From assembly GCF_000172995.2 (NCBI RefSeq), contig NC_014731.1, positions 120,001 through 152,000 of the forward strand: a stretch of DNA of 32,000 nt, in the 5' to 3' direction. The notes below the pieces were generated by a model, which worked only from the letters and a program-made list of their open reading frames with translations, was not told the DNA's origin and made no database searches. Position numbers and translations under genes: made by a program. Position 1 is the first letter of the stretch; every line of letters starts with the position of its first letter. Below, one piece after another: positions 8,708 to 18,265 of the stretch. The DNA is from Halogeometricum borinquense DSM 11551 (lineage in GTDB: Archaea > Halobacteriota > Halobacteria > Halobacteriales > Haloferacaceae).

Positions 8708-9181
8708 AGTACTAACTCTCAGCTAACTACCGAGTAAGACCGTTACTCACCAATCAACCGTAATCCGAGGTACATCGTCCACCAAATCACGGCGCGGTAA
8801 AACAGTTAATACCGTTTATCGGCTGGTGAACTGACCACTCTCTATACTCGCGGCACGAGGTGTACTGCTGTTCAGCCACTTGCGTCTGGTAAGAGAAATT
8901 ATTTTATCGTGCGTCACAGAGTAGCATGTGAGGCAGGGACGACGAAAACGTTCTCGGCCCCACTCGCTGCCGAACGTTCCCGAGCAACTTGAGGTCAGCC
9001 ACCTATGTGTGAGGGTCAGTTCCTGCCTCTTACCGTACAACTACGATACTGAACTCGAAGCGCTATCGCATCCGTACTTATCGGGATACTGTCTGCGTTT
9101 TCGACCAGACACGATACTGTCTGTTTGTATCGTCCGGGAAACCGGATTAGATTTATGCTATACTATGACACACTTCTAGTG

Positions 9182-12073
9182 ATGCCACCCGTATCTACGT
9201 TCGACGAGTCCTTCTTCCGAGAGGTGGTGTTCGACACCGAAGAAGGAATACTTTCGCTCGACGAGGACGGGACCGTCGTATTCGCCAGCCAACCAATCGA
9301 GCAACTACTGGGTTACGACCCGGACGAACTGGTCGGTGAGTCAGTCGGCCGTCTCTTCTCACCGGATCACGAGAGACCGCTCGAGACGGTGCGGCGCGAG
9401 GCCGAACGGGAACCGACTGAAGTCGGTGATGCGACGACGGATATCACGCTCGTCCATGCCGACGGGCATGCTGTCTCAGTTGCACTTACCGCCGAATCAA
9501 CCGAATACGACGAAACACAGTTTTTCACGCTTCGTATCCGTACACAGGGGGGTAACAAAAGCCGGCAAACGTCCGATGGAGAGAGTCGCTCCGCGAAAGG
9601 CAGACTACCACAGAAGGTGTTTGAGTACAGCAACGAAGCAATATTCGTTTTCGACACGGACAACGACGAAATCATCGAATGCAACCCCCGTGCGTGTGAG
9701 CGACTCGGCTACTCGCGCGAGGAACTGCTATCGGTCAGCCCATCAGACATCTACGCGACCGAGGAGGCGTTTGTTGGGTTCATCAAGGAGGTGTTCGAAC
9801 ACGGTACCAGTTGGACCGACGAACTCAGTTGTCGCGCCGCCGACGGCGAAACGTTCCCGATAGAGGCATCAGCGACTCTGCTCTACGTCGACGGCAAGCC
9901 GCATGTGCTTGTATTCGGTCGTGATATCTCCGAACAACGTAAGCAACAACGGGAATTAGAGCGGTATCGGACGATAGTCGAAGCCGTTGGTGAGGGTGTC
10001 TTCGCCGCTGACGACAAGTTCAGATTCACGGTCGCCAACGAGGGCACTGCCAAACTGACGGGGTACACGAAAGACGAACTCATCGGTAGCTCATTGACAC
10101 GGTTCCTCGCAGGAGAAGACGACCGCGTCGATAGAAGCGAGTACGAGGAACTACAAACCAGTGAACGACGCACCGTCGTGGACGCCGAATCCGCCGAGTC
10201 AGCCCGCAAAGAACTGCTCAAATCCGAAAGAGACGTGATGAAGGTTGAAGCGCCCATCTGCACGAAAGACGACGAAATCGTGCCTGTGGAAGTCCGATTC
10301 AGTGAACTCCCGACGGAATCGGACGACGACTTCCGAGGTATGACGGGAGTACTGATCGACGTCTCCGAGCGAAAAGAACACGAACGGCGACTCCGGGCAC
10401 TCAGCGAGGCGAGTCGCAAGTTGACTCAGGCGATGGACCGCGACGCCATCGCTCGGGACACCCTCGATGCCGTCGAACGAATCCTCGGTTTTGACGTTGG
10501 TTGCGTCCGGATGTTCGACTCCGAGAGTAACACTCTTGAGACGGTCGCTGTCACTGATGCCGCACAGAAGTTACTCGACTCGCGGTCCGCTTTCGACCTC
10601 GAGATCTCCCTCGCTGGCCGCGCGTATCGGAGCGGAGAGACAGTCGTCAATCAACCGGCTGCCGGTGAAGGAGTCACCGGCGACGAGGCGAGTCTGCACC
10701 TCCCACTCGGAAAGCACGGGACGCTCTCGATGTTTACCGAGTCAGCGGACGAGTTCACAGAGACAGACATCCAGTTCATCGAAGTGCTTGCCGCGACGGT
10801 CACAACCCATCTCGACCGGACTGAGCGGGAGCGAATGCTTCAGAAGAGCGAAAAAGAGTACCGAAACCAGCGCGACCAACTCAATACGCTCAACCGCATC
10901 AACGAACTCATCCAAGAACTCATCGGGGAGTTAGTCGAAGCCGGGATGCGCGAGACGATAGAAGAGCGAGTCTGTCAACAGTTGGCGGCATCAAGCCTCT
11001 ACAAGTACGCGTGGATTGCGGCGGTGGAAGTGACTGGCAAGAACGCAACGATCAAAACGGGTGCCGGTGTCGAAAAAGACCATCTCGACGCGCTGGACAA
11101 TATGTCGATATCCCAGTTGGGGAACGGGACAGTCAAACAGGCAATCGAGACGGGCGAGATAAGCGTCGTCCGACAGTATCTCGTAGAGGGCAAAGACAAA
11201 GACGAACGCGAAGACGAAGACAAACTCGAAGTGACCGCCGCCATACCCCTCCAGTACGGAAACCGCGTCTACGGCGTCTTGGTCGTAAACTCGGTGCGTG
11301 AAGATGCACTCTCCGAGCAAGCGCAAGCAGGTCTGGAGGTTCTCGGCGACACCATCGGGTTTACGATAAACGCCATCCAGAACAAAGAACTCCTCCTCTC
11401 GGACGAAATAGTCGAACTCGAATTCGCGGTCAGCGACACGGAAAGCATCCCAGTGTACTTCTCGAAGCATCTCGAATGCCGCTGCCGACTCGAAGGAACG
11501 ACCCCAACCGAAGACGGAAACTACCTGTGTTATCTGCGTATCGAAGACAAATCGGTTGCGGACGCTCTCGAAGCGGCCGAGCGGATGGAGTCTATCGCGG
11601 ATGCTCGGCTGGTTAAAGAATACGATGAGGAATGCCTACTGGAAGTGATCAAGACGGAATCCGCCCCCGGTGAAATGATTGACGTCGGCGCGAGCATCCG
11701 GTCGGCATCGGCCAATTGCGGGGAGGGAACGGTCGTCCTCGAGGTGCCACAGACGGTAGACATCCGAGAGGTCGTCGAGGCGTTCCAGCACCTCTACCCC
11801 AACTCCGAGTTGGTCGCAAAGCGCGAAGTTGACCGTTCGGTTCGGACGGCCGCCGAATTTCGGGACACAGTCGGCGGCCAACTCACGGACAAACAGCAAA
11901 TGGCGGCCAAGTCAGCGTACTACGCTGGCTACTTCGACTGGCCGCGTGGGAGCACCGCAGAGGACGTTGCCGAGTCGATGGGAATCTCATCGGCAACGTT
12001 CCACCAACACCTTCGAAAAGCCGAGCAGAAGCTGATGGCATCGTTCTTCAGAGACACCAGACACACCGAGTGA
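9182..12073 (+). CDS. Multi-domain PAS/PAS/PAS-GAF-GAF-HTH_10 regulator (Bat-like)
   Basis: ORF 9125..12073. The ATG at 9182 (MPPVSTFDESFF...) is followed directly by a PAS-like segment. There are several PAS S-box-like segments ('...DGTVVFASQPIEQLLGYDPDELVGESV', '...IIECNPRACERLGYSREELLSVSPSDI', '...FTVANEGTAKLTGYTKDELIGSSL'), then GAF-like regions. The C-terminal 'LTDKQQMAAKSAYYAGYFDWPRGSTAEDVAESMGISSATFHQHLRKAEQKL' is an HTH_10 domain. Confidence 0.9.
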   Translation: MPPVSTFDESFFREVVFDTEEGILSLDEDGTVVFASQPIEQLLGYDPDELVGESVGRLFSPDHERPLETVRREAEREPTEVGDATTDITLVHADGHAVSVALTAESTEYDETQFFTLRIRTQGGNKSRQTSDGESRSAKGRLPQKVFEYSNEAIFVFDTDNDEIIECNPRACERLGYSREELLSVSPSDIYATEEAFVGFIKEVFEHGTSWTDELSCRAADGETFPIEASATLLYVDGKPHVLVFGRDISEQRKQQRELERYRTIVEAVGEGVFAADDKFRFTVANEGTAKLTGYTKDELIGSSLTRFLAGEDDRVDRSEYEELQTSERRTVVDAESAESARKELLKSERDVMKVEAPICTKDDEIVPVEVRFSELPTESDDDFRGMTGVLIDVSERKEHERRLRALSEASRKLTQAMDRDAIARDTLDAVERILGFDVGCVRMFDSESNTLETVAVTDAAQKLLDSRSAFDLEISLAGRAYRSGETVVNQPAAGEGVTGDEASLHLPLGKHGTLSMFTESADEFTETDIQFIEVLAATVTTHLDRTERERMLQKSEKEYRNQRDQLNTLNRINELIQELIGELVEAGMRETIEERVCQQLAASSLYKYAWIAAVEVTGKNATIKTGAGVEKDHLDALDNMSISQLGNGTVKQAIETGEISVVRQYLVEGKDKDEREDEDKLEVTAAIPLQYGNRVYGVLVVNSVREDALSEQAQAGLEVLGDTIGFTINAIQNKELLLSDEIVELEFAVSDTESIPVYFSKHLECRCRLEGTTPTEDGNYLCYLRIEDKSVADALEAAERMESIADARLVKEYDEECLLEVIKTESAPGEMIDVGASIRSASANCGEGTVVLEVPQTVDIREVVEAFQHLYPNSELVAKREVDRSVRTAAEFRDTVGGQLTDKQQMAAKSAYYAGYFDWPRGSTAEDVAESMGISSATFHQHLRKAEQKLMASFFRDTRHTE

Positions 12074-12167
12074 CCCGCACTGCAAATCCGACGCGAACTG
12101 AGCCGTGTTGCAATCTGATTACACGCCCCCACAAAGCGAATAACTGTTCGGCACACTCTGTACGACC

Positions 12168-13091
12168 ATGCTGGTTTCCATCCCCGTGTCCGAGGTCATG
12201 ACCGATAGTGTGGAGACGACCACACCAGAGACAACGGCTCGAGAAGCCGCCGTCAAACTGTTTGAAAAAGAGGTCGGCTCACTCGTCGTGTGCCGCAACG
12301 GTTCGCCCGTTGGCATCATAACCGAGTACGACCTCACCAAACTACTTGCCGCTGGGACCGACCTCGATACCACGTCAGTCTCCGAATTCATGTCCGATCC
12401 ACTCATCACAATCGAACACGACGCGGACATCTCGGAAGCTGCGAAGATGCTCCGAGCGAAGCAGATTGAGCACCTGCCCGTCACCGACGGCGACGAACTT
12501 GTCGGAGTGCTTGCCGCCGTTGATCTCTCGTACTATCTGCCGCAAATCTCCCGTCCGGAACCGTCCGCAAAGCCGGAACAGGAGGCAAAGTACGTGGTCC
12601 ATCCCGAAACGGCGTTCGAGGAACCCGAATGGGAGTTCGAGTGCCGGTGCATCACTCGCGGTCACATCGTTGTCGGCGATGTCGCGGAGTTTTCGAAGAC
12701 GATAAGCGAAGAAGACGTCGAGCGATTTGCGGCCAGCAGTGGCGACACGAACCGACTTCACCTCAGCGACGAGTACGCCAAACAAACCCGGTTCGGGAAA
12801 CGTATCGCCCACGGAACGCTCGTAGCAGGACTTATCAGTGCTGCACTCGCGCGACTCCCCGGCTTGACAATCTATCTCTCACAAGAGCTGACCTTCCACG
12901 CTCCCGTCGAAATCGGCAGTCGCGTCACGGCAGTCTGTGAGGTCATCGAAGACCTCGGTCGAGACCGGTACAGGCTAACGACCGACGTCTACACTGACGG
13001 TGAGACACACGCTATTGAGGGAGAGGCTGTCGTCCTGATCGACGACCTTCCTGACACCGTAGACGTGGAGGTCGAGGAGGTCGCTGACTGA
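12168..13091 (+). CDS. CBS-pair domain fused to a MaoC-like (hotdog-fold) dehydratase domain
   Basis: The N-terminal half has two CBS-like repeats ('VSEVMTDSVETTTPETTAREAA...GSLVV', 'VSEFMSDPLITIEHDADISEAAKML...HLPV'). The C-terminal half carries 'SGDTNRLHLSDEYAKQTRFGKRIAHGTL', which is typical of MaoC dehydratases. Confidence 0.88.
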   Translation: MLVSIPVSEVMTDSVETTTPETTAREAAVKLFEKEVGSLVVCRNGSPVGIITEYDLTKLLAAGTDLDTTSVSEFMSDPLITIEHDADISEAAKMLRAKQIEHLPVTDGDELVGVLAAVDLSYYLPQISRPEPSAKPEQEAKYVVHPETAFEEPEWEFECRCITRGHIVVGDVAEFSKTISEEDVERFAASSGDTNRLHLSDEYAKQTRFGKRIAHGTLVAGLISAALARLPGLTIYLSQELTFHAPVEIGSRVTAVCEVIEDLGRDRYRLTTDVYTDGETHAIEGEAVVLIDDLPDTVDVEVEEVAD

Positions 13092-13281
13092 CGGACCGAC
13101 TCTTGGATAGCGCTGTCCTGTCGTAGCGGCGTTTTGGAAAGTCGGTCAGAGATACTCAGAAACGTCTGCTGGGGCGTACTCAAATCACGTAAATGGACTG
13201 GGGACATAGCTATTCCGGGCTTGTGTGCTAAGTGTTCACATCACCCATACCATCATTAGGGGGTATGCCAATCATCAACGT

Positions 13282-14364
13282 ATGGAGAGAGATGTCAATA
13301 GACGCCGGTTTCTCGGTGCATCAACCCTTCTCATCGGTGCACTTGCCGGTTGCCCCGGTGGGCAGCCCGAAGAAACGCCGGCGACAACGCCGTCACCGTC
13401 ACCCGAGGAGACGCCGACAGCGACACCAACACCCGAAGAGCCAATGGCAGAAATGGGAGCGGAGGTAACAGTTAGACAGGAATCGGGGAAAACAGTGTAC
13501 TGGGTTCTTCCGGGGGAGCGCCGGCTCAGCCCCACCGTATTCGGCACCCCAGATAATCCACGGTTCGGTGCCGACCTTCTCGAGTTCCGAATCGAACAGG
13601 CAAAGCAGTTACCGGAACCGCTCAGTAATGCGATTCCGCAGTTACTACAGGACTTGCCGTCTCTGGTGGCCGTACCAGAGCAAGCGCGAGAGCCAGTTGA
13701 CAGCCCGATTGCTCACGAGAAGTTGACAGAGCCGACGCTATTCAGCGACAACGCACAGATTACCAGTGGGGAGTTCGAGGTGACCTATAAGGACCAACGA
13801 CCGTACGACCGTCCCGGAGCACCGGGCGACACGCCGGACGAGGCGGACTTGACGGCAACCTTCACCGACCCGGCAGAGAACGAATACGAACTGCAACTCG
13901 ATCACATCGTACAGCCACCGATTCCGGGGTACGAAACCGGCGGTGGCGTAATGACCGGTGCTTGGCATCACGGTGTGACCGGGACGGGATCACCGTTGAT
14001 GCCGAAACTATTCGCGTACGGAGCGTTCTGGGGGGTCGGAAACGTACTCGTCAACGGTGAGGTAGCCACCGAAGACGGGTTCAGAGTGATACATTTCATG
14101 ACCACACAGACCGTCCGCGACCAAGACTACCGACTCGCCCTCGATGAGGAGTTACCGCTTCCAGCTGAGAGTACTATTGCAGGGCGTGCCCATCATACCC
14201 ACGGGGTAGTGCTTCCGATCAGACCAACACCGGATGGGCCCGTGTTCGATCCAGTTCCAACCGCGTTCGAACTTCCAAACGGTAACCCGCAGCCGTTCAT
14301 CCACGCCATGTGGGAACAAGAAGAACTCGTTAATTCACCATTTAAACAGGAGATGTCCGGGTGA
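13282..14364 (+). CDS. Tat-lipoprotein of unknown function
   Basis: The ATG at 13282 gives 'MERDVNRRRFLGASTLLIGALAGC', a twin-arginine signal plus lipobox Cys. This is followed by the Thr/Pro/Glu linker 'ETPATTPSPSPEETPTATPTPEEP'. The body contains 'GAWHHGVTG' and 'GRAHHTHG'. I recognise no domain. Confidence 0.75.
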   Translation: MERDVNRRRFLGASTLLIGALAGCPGGQPEETPATTPSPSPEETPTATPTPEEPMAEMGAEVTVRQESGKTVYWVLPGERRLSPTVFGTPDNPRFGADLLEFRIEQAKQLPEPLSNAIPQLLQDLPSLVAVPEQAREPVDSPIAHEKLTEPTLFSDNAQITSGEFEVTYKDQRPYDRPGAPGDTPDEADLTATFTDPAENEYELQLDHIVQPPIPGYETGGGVMTGAWHHGVTGTGSPLMPKLFAYGAFWGVGNVLVNGEVATEDGFRVIHFMTTQTVRDQDYRLALDEELPLPAESTIAGRAHHTHGVVLPIRPTPDGPVFDPVPTAFELPNGNPQPFIHAMWEQEELVNSPFKQEMSG

Positions 14365-14435
14365 CAGCGAAGTCAGATCGCACCAAGGTACTGTATGATA
14401 ACATCAAAACCGATCTGGAGCCAGCGAGTATACCA

Positions 14436-14969
14436 ATGCAACTCAGTCGGCGAAACGTTCTCGGACTGAGCGGCGTCGCACTCGGCGTTCTCGCCGGATG
14501 TACCGCACCGTCAGAGGAGACGCCCGGCGAATCGCCAACCGACACGCCGACGTCGTCGCCGACAGCGACGCCGTCACCGACTACAGATGCCACCCCGAGT
14601 CCAACCCAAACACCAACCGCGACTCCAACTCCGAACGCGCTCGACGGCGAAATAACCGTTACCGGATCAGAGTGGGTACTCGCTCCCGACGCGTTTCAAG
14701 CGACGGTCGGTCAAGAACTGACCATCCACTTCGAGAACGTCGGAGAGGTCGCACACAACCTTACCGTTGGAGAATTCCCGGCCGATGAACGAACGGTCGC
14801 CGATCAGGACGAAGAAGGGTCGTTCATAGTCAAGACAGACACGATACAGCCAGGAAAGACCACTTCCGTTACGTTCACCCCTACATCAACGGGGACGTTC
14901 CCCTACTGGTGTGATGTCGCAGGCCATCGGGAAGCCGGGATGGTCGGAGAAATGACAGTGGTAGAGTGA
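14436..14969 (+). CDS. Halocyanin-like type-1 copper protein (cupredoxin), Tat-lipoprotein
   Basis: The ATG at 14436 gives 'MQLSRRNVLGLSGVALGVLAGC' (Tat signal plus lipobox), followed by a long Thr/Pro/Ser linker. The cupredoxin ligand set is 'VAHN' ... 'YWCDVAGHREAGMVGEMTV' (His, Cys, His, Met). Confidence 0.88.
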   Translation: MQLSRRNVLGLSGVALGVLAGCTAPSEETPGESPTDTPTSSPTATPSPTTDATPSPTQTPTATPTPNALDGEITVTGSEWVLAPDAFQATVGQELTIHFENVGEVAHNLTVGEFPADERTVADQDEEGSFIVKTDTIQPGKTTSVTFTPTSTGTFPYWCDVAGHREAGMVGEMTVVE

Positions 14970-15127
14970 AGACCCACGGCTTTCACTGGGAGGCGACTCC
15001 CGTCGTTTCAACTGGTGATGGCTGAGCGGTGATGTCGGTACACCGATCAAAAATAAGGGTTCGGCCCGCGGCCTTACAGTAGAGACCGTCACAGGGACAA
15101 TCCGGCACGCGAAGGCCGAGAGACTGA

Positions 15128-16672
15128 TTACTCGCCGTTCGCCTCTCCGTCGTGGGAGAGCATCCGTTCGAGCATCTCGATCTCATCGTTGTCCAGCTCA
15201 TCGAGATCCATATCCGCGAGGTCATCGAGGTCGTCCGCACCGGTCTCGGTGCCGAGTTCGATGATCTCATCGCGGGTCAGGTCGTCGAGGAACGCTCCGA
15301 CCTCGATGTCCTCGTGCTCGTCTCGTTCGAGATCGACGGTCTCGCCGTCAGACTCCAACTCAAGCCCGTGGGTCTCGACTTCAACCGCATCGCCGCGCTG
15401 TTCGATTTCGTGCTCGTCTGTCTCGAATTCGACCTCCTCGTCGTCGTTCTCGAACTCGACGTCGTCCTCGTGATCTTCGACCTCTAGGTCGTCATCGTGC
15501 TGTTCGATTTCGTGCTCGTCCGTCTCGAACTCGACATCGTCCCCGCCATCCTCGCTTTCGAAGTCGATTCCGTCCTCGTGATCTTCGACATCAACGCTGT
15601 CATCGTCCTGTTCGATGTCGTGATCCTCGGTCTCGAACTCGAGGCGGTTACCATCGTTCTCGAAATCGATGTCGTCGATTTCGACTTCGAGAGCGTCCTC
15701 GATCTGCTCGATTTCGCCGCCGTCGAATTCGATGTCTGCCATCTCGTCGGTTACTTCTAAGTCAACCGTGCCAGTGGCGTCTTCGAAGTCGAGGCGGTCA
15801 CCGTCGTTCTCGAAGTCGAGACCATTTTCGTCTTCGACTTCGGCGTCGTCGCCCTCCTGTTCGACCTCGGTACCGTCTGCTTCAACGTCAACCTCGTCTT
15901 GCTTGCCGAGGTTCTCGAAATGGAAGCCGGCCTTCTCGACTTCGAGTTTCTTGCCGTCGTGTTCGATTTCGTGTTCGTCGGTCTCGATTTCGACCTCGCC
16001 GTGATCGCGTTCGACATCGACGTCATCGTTCTCGAACTCAAGGTCGCTGGCGTCGTCCTCGAACTTGTTGCCGCCGCGCTCGTATTCGACCTCGTCCGTT
16101 TCGACTTCGACGCTCTCGCCGCGCTGTTCGATCTCGTTGTCTTCGAACTCAACGTCAACTACGTCGCCGCCGTCGTCGCTCTCGAAGTCGAGACCGTCCT
16201 CGTGGTCTTCGACCTCTAGGTCGTCATCGTCCTGTTCAATCTCGTGGTCACCGGACTTTGCTTCGACCTCGTCCTCGTCGTTTTCGAAGTCGAGTTCAGC
16301 TTCGTCGTCCTCGACCGCTACGTCCTCGTCGTTCTGTTCGATATCCAAGCCGTCAAACTCGACATCGACCTCGTCATCGCCCTCGTTGGACTCGAAGTCG
16401 AGATCCTCCTCGTCGTCCTCTACTTCGACATCGTCGCCGTGCTGTTCTATTTCTCCGTCCTCGGTTTCGACCTCTACGTCACGGCTTGCATCGCTCTCGT
16501 GGCTATTCACGACCATGTCGTGACCACTCGCAAGACCGATATCGAGCGGGTCTGTTGCTACTTCAGAGCTGACAGCATCCCCCGGGACCGCGACCGCTAC
16601 CGGCGTCGCTGTGCCGACAAGCAGGACGACCACGAGGAACGTGATCAGCGCGAATCGATTACTTTGTTTCAT
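15128..16672 (-). CDS. Secreted hyper-acidic strand-turn repeat protein, type A copy 1
   Basis: ORF 15128..16723(-). The ATG at 16672 gives the Sec-like signal 'MKQSNRFALITFLVVVLLVGTATPVAVAVPG'. About 10-11 super-repeats follow, such as 'VDVEFEDNEIEQRGESVEVETDEVEYE' and 'VEFETDEHEIEQHDDDLEVEDHEDDVEFENDDEE'. I counted 65 D/E in one 119-residue stretch. The non-repeat C-terminal tail is 'FLDDLTRDEIIELGTETGADDLDDLADMDLDELDNDEIEMLERML'. Confidence 0.8.
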   Translation of the reverse strand: MKQSNRFALITFLVVVLLVGTATPVAVAVPGDAVSSEVATDPLDIGLASGHDMVVNSHESDASRDVEVETEDGEIEQHGDDVEVEDDEEDLDFESNEGDDEVDVEFDGLDIEQNDEDVAVEDDEAELDFENDEDEVEAKSGDHEIEQDDDDLEVEDHEDGLDFESDDGGDVVDVEFEDNEIEQRGESVEVETDEVEYERGGNKFEDDASDLEFENDDVDVERDHGEVEIETDEHEIEHDGKKLEVEKAGFHFENLGKQDEVDVEADGTEVEQEGDDAEVEDENGLDFENDGDRLDFEDATGTVDLEVTDEMADIEFDGGEIEQIEDALEVEIDDIDFENDGNRLEFETEDHDIEQDDDSVDVEDHEDGIDFESEDGGDDVEFETDEHEIEQHDDDLEVEDHEDDVEFENDDEEVEFETDEHEIEQRGDAVEVETHGLELESDGETVDLERDEHEDIEVGAFLDDLTRDEIIELGTETGADDLDDLADMDLDELDNDEIEMLERMLSHDGEANGE

Positions 16673-16861
16673 ACTCGTGTTGTTGCTATGTCCGATCACT
16701 GCGACCGCGAAGCAATGGAGCACAGTGTTGAACCGGGGATCTCGCCCGGTGGCAGCGTAACTGGCGAGAAAAGTGAGGGGGCGCTATCTCAGCTCTCGCT
16801 ACGAGAGCCACGTCGTACTCACTGTCCCGGAAATTCGGTAGTACGTTTGGGTCCGCCGTGA

Positions 16862-18265
16862 TTATGGGCTGCCCTCGCTGTCGTCATCGGTAAGCATACG
16901 TTCGAGCATGTTGACCTCGTTGTCGTTGAGATCCTCGAGATCCATGTCCGCGAGGTCATCGAGGTCGTCCGCACCGGTCTCGGTGCCGAGTTCGATGATC
17001 TCATCGCGGGTCAGATCGTCGAGGAACGCTTCGACTTCTGTGTCGTCGTGATCATCGCGTTCGAGGTCAATGCTTTCGCCGTCGGATTCGAGATCGAGGC
17101 CACCGTCTTTCTCGACATCGAGGTTATCGCCGCTGTGCTCGATGTCGTGGTCGTCGGTTTCCAGTTCCGTCTCGTCGCCGTCGTTCTCGAACTCGAAGTC
17201 GTCGTCGTGGTCTTCGACATCGACATCGTTACCGTCTTGTTCGATGTCGCGGTCGTCATCCTCGAATTCGACCTCCTCACCGTCGTTCTCGAAGTCAATC
17301 CCATCGTCGGTGTCGACTTCGAAGTCGTCATCGTCTAACTCGATGTCAGTGGCGTCGTTCCGGAAGTCGATGCCGTTCCGGTCGTTCTCGAACTCGAACT
17401 CCTCGCCCTCAACATCGGCGTCACCACCTCTATGTTCGATATCGTGCTCGTCGTCGGCCTCGAACTCGTGGTCGTCGCCGTCGCTCTCTAAGTCGAGGTC
17501 GTTGTCATCATCCTCGACTTCGAGGTCGTCGCCACGCTGTTCGATCTCGCGCTCGTCGGTCTCGACGTCGATATCGTCACCGTCGAGATCGATGTCAATC
17601 CCGCCGCTACCGTCGAACTCGATATCGAGACCGCCGTCGTTCTCGAATTCGAGGTCGGATAGCTCAACGTCCGCCTCGTCGCCTCGTTTCTCGATCTCGG
17701 TCTCGTCGTGTTCGACGTCGAGGTCGTCGCCTTCAGCTTCGTAGTCGAGGTCGTGACCGTCGGTGTCGTCTTCGACCTCAAGACGGTCGCCATCCTGTTC
17801 GATTTCGGCCTCGCCGGTTTCGACGTCGACGCGGTCACCGTCGTCGTCAGCCTCGAAGTCGAGGTCGTTCTCCTCATCCTCAACTTCGACTTCGTCGTCG
17901 CGCTGTTCGATCTCGTGGTCATCTGTTTCGACATCGACATCGTCACCGCCGTCGCGAGACTCGAATTCGAAGTCGTCCTCGTCATCTTCGACTTCAAGGT
18001 CATCGCCGTCCTGTTCGAGGTCTAAGTCCTCGAACTCGACATCAGCCTCGTCGTCGTCGGCGTTAGACTCGAAGTCGAGGTCGTCATCATCATCCTCGAT
18101 TTCGGCTTCGTCGCCGCTGTGTTCAATTTCGCCGTCTTCGGTGTCAATGTCGACTTCGTTGTCCTGGTGATCAGCAGCGACCGGCATCGCGGCACCGGCA
18201 GTGATCATACCGACCATCAGGAACAGTATCAGTACTAATCGAAATGTGTCTTTCATGGCCTTCAT
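16862..18265 (-). CDS. Secreted hyper-acidic strand-turn repeat protein, type B copy 1
   Basis: ORF 16862..18352(-). ATGs at 18265 and 18256 give 'MKAMKDTFRLVLILFLMVGMITAGAAMPVAADH', a Sec-like signal. It has the same repeat grammar and carries the same C-terminal tail as the adjacent A1 gene. Confidence 0.8.
   Translation of the reverse strand: MKAMKDTFRLVLILFLMVGMITAGAAMPVAADHQDNEVDIDTEDGEIEHSGDEAEIEDDDDDLDFESNADDDEADVEFEDLDLEQDGDDLEVEDDEDDFEFESRDGGDDVDVETDDHEIEQRDDEVEVEDEENDLDFEADDDGDRVDVETGEAEIEQDGDRLEVEDDTDGHDLDYEAEGDDLDVEHDETEIEKRGDEADVELSDLEFENDGGLDIEFDGSGGIDIDLDGDDIDVETDEREIEQRGDDLEVEDDDNDLDLESDGDDHEFEADDEHDIEHRGGDADVEGEEFEFENDRNGIDFRNDATDIELDDDDFEVDTDDGIDFENDGEEVEFEDDDRDIEQDGNDVDVEDHDDDFEFENDGDETELETDDHDIEHSGDNLDVEKDGGLDLESDGESIDLERDDHDDTEVEAFLDDLTRDEIIELGTETGADDLDDLADMDLEDLNDNEVNMLERMLTDDDSEGSP

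Noticed and set aside
8816-9179. Short ORFs 8816-9040(-) and 8928-9179(+), and the first 19 codons of ORF 9125-12073
   Set aside because: The region is AT-richer with non-halophilic composition. The PAS regulator has a better ATG at 9182, directly preceding its first PAS-like segment.
13094-13147. 8-bp inverted repeat GACCGACT...AGTCGGTC enclosing a GTTTTGG run just after the CBS-MaoC stop, considered as a terminator
   Set aside because: The loop is long (38 nt) and archaeal termination signals are poorly defined. It is plausible but not strong enough to list as a feature.
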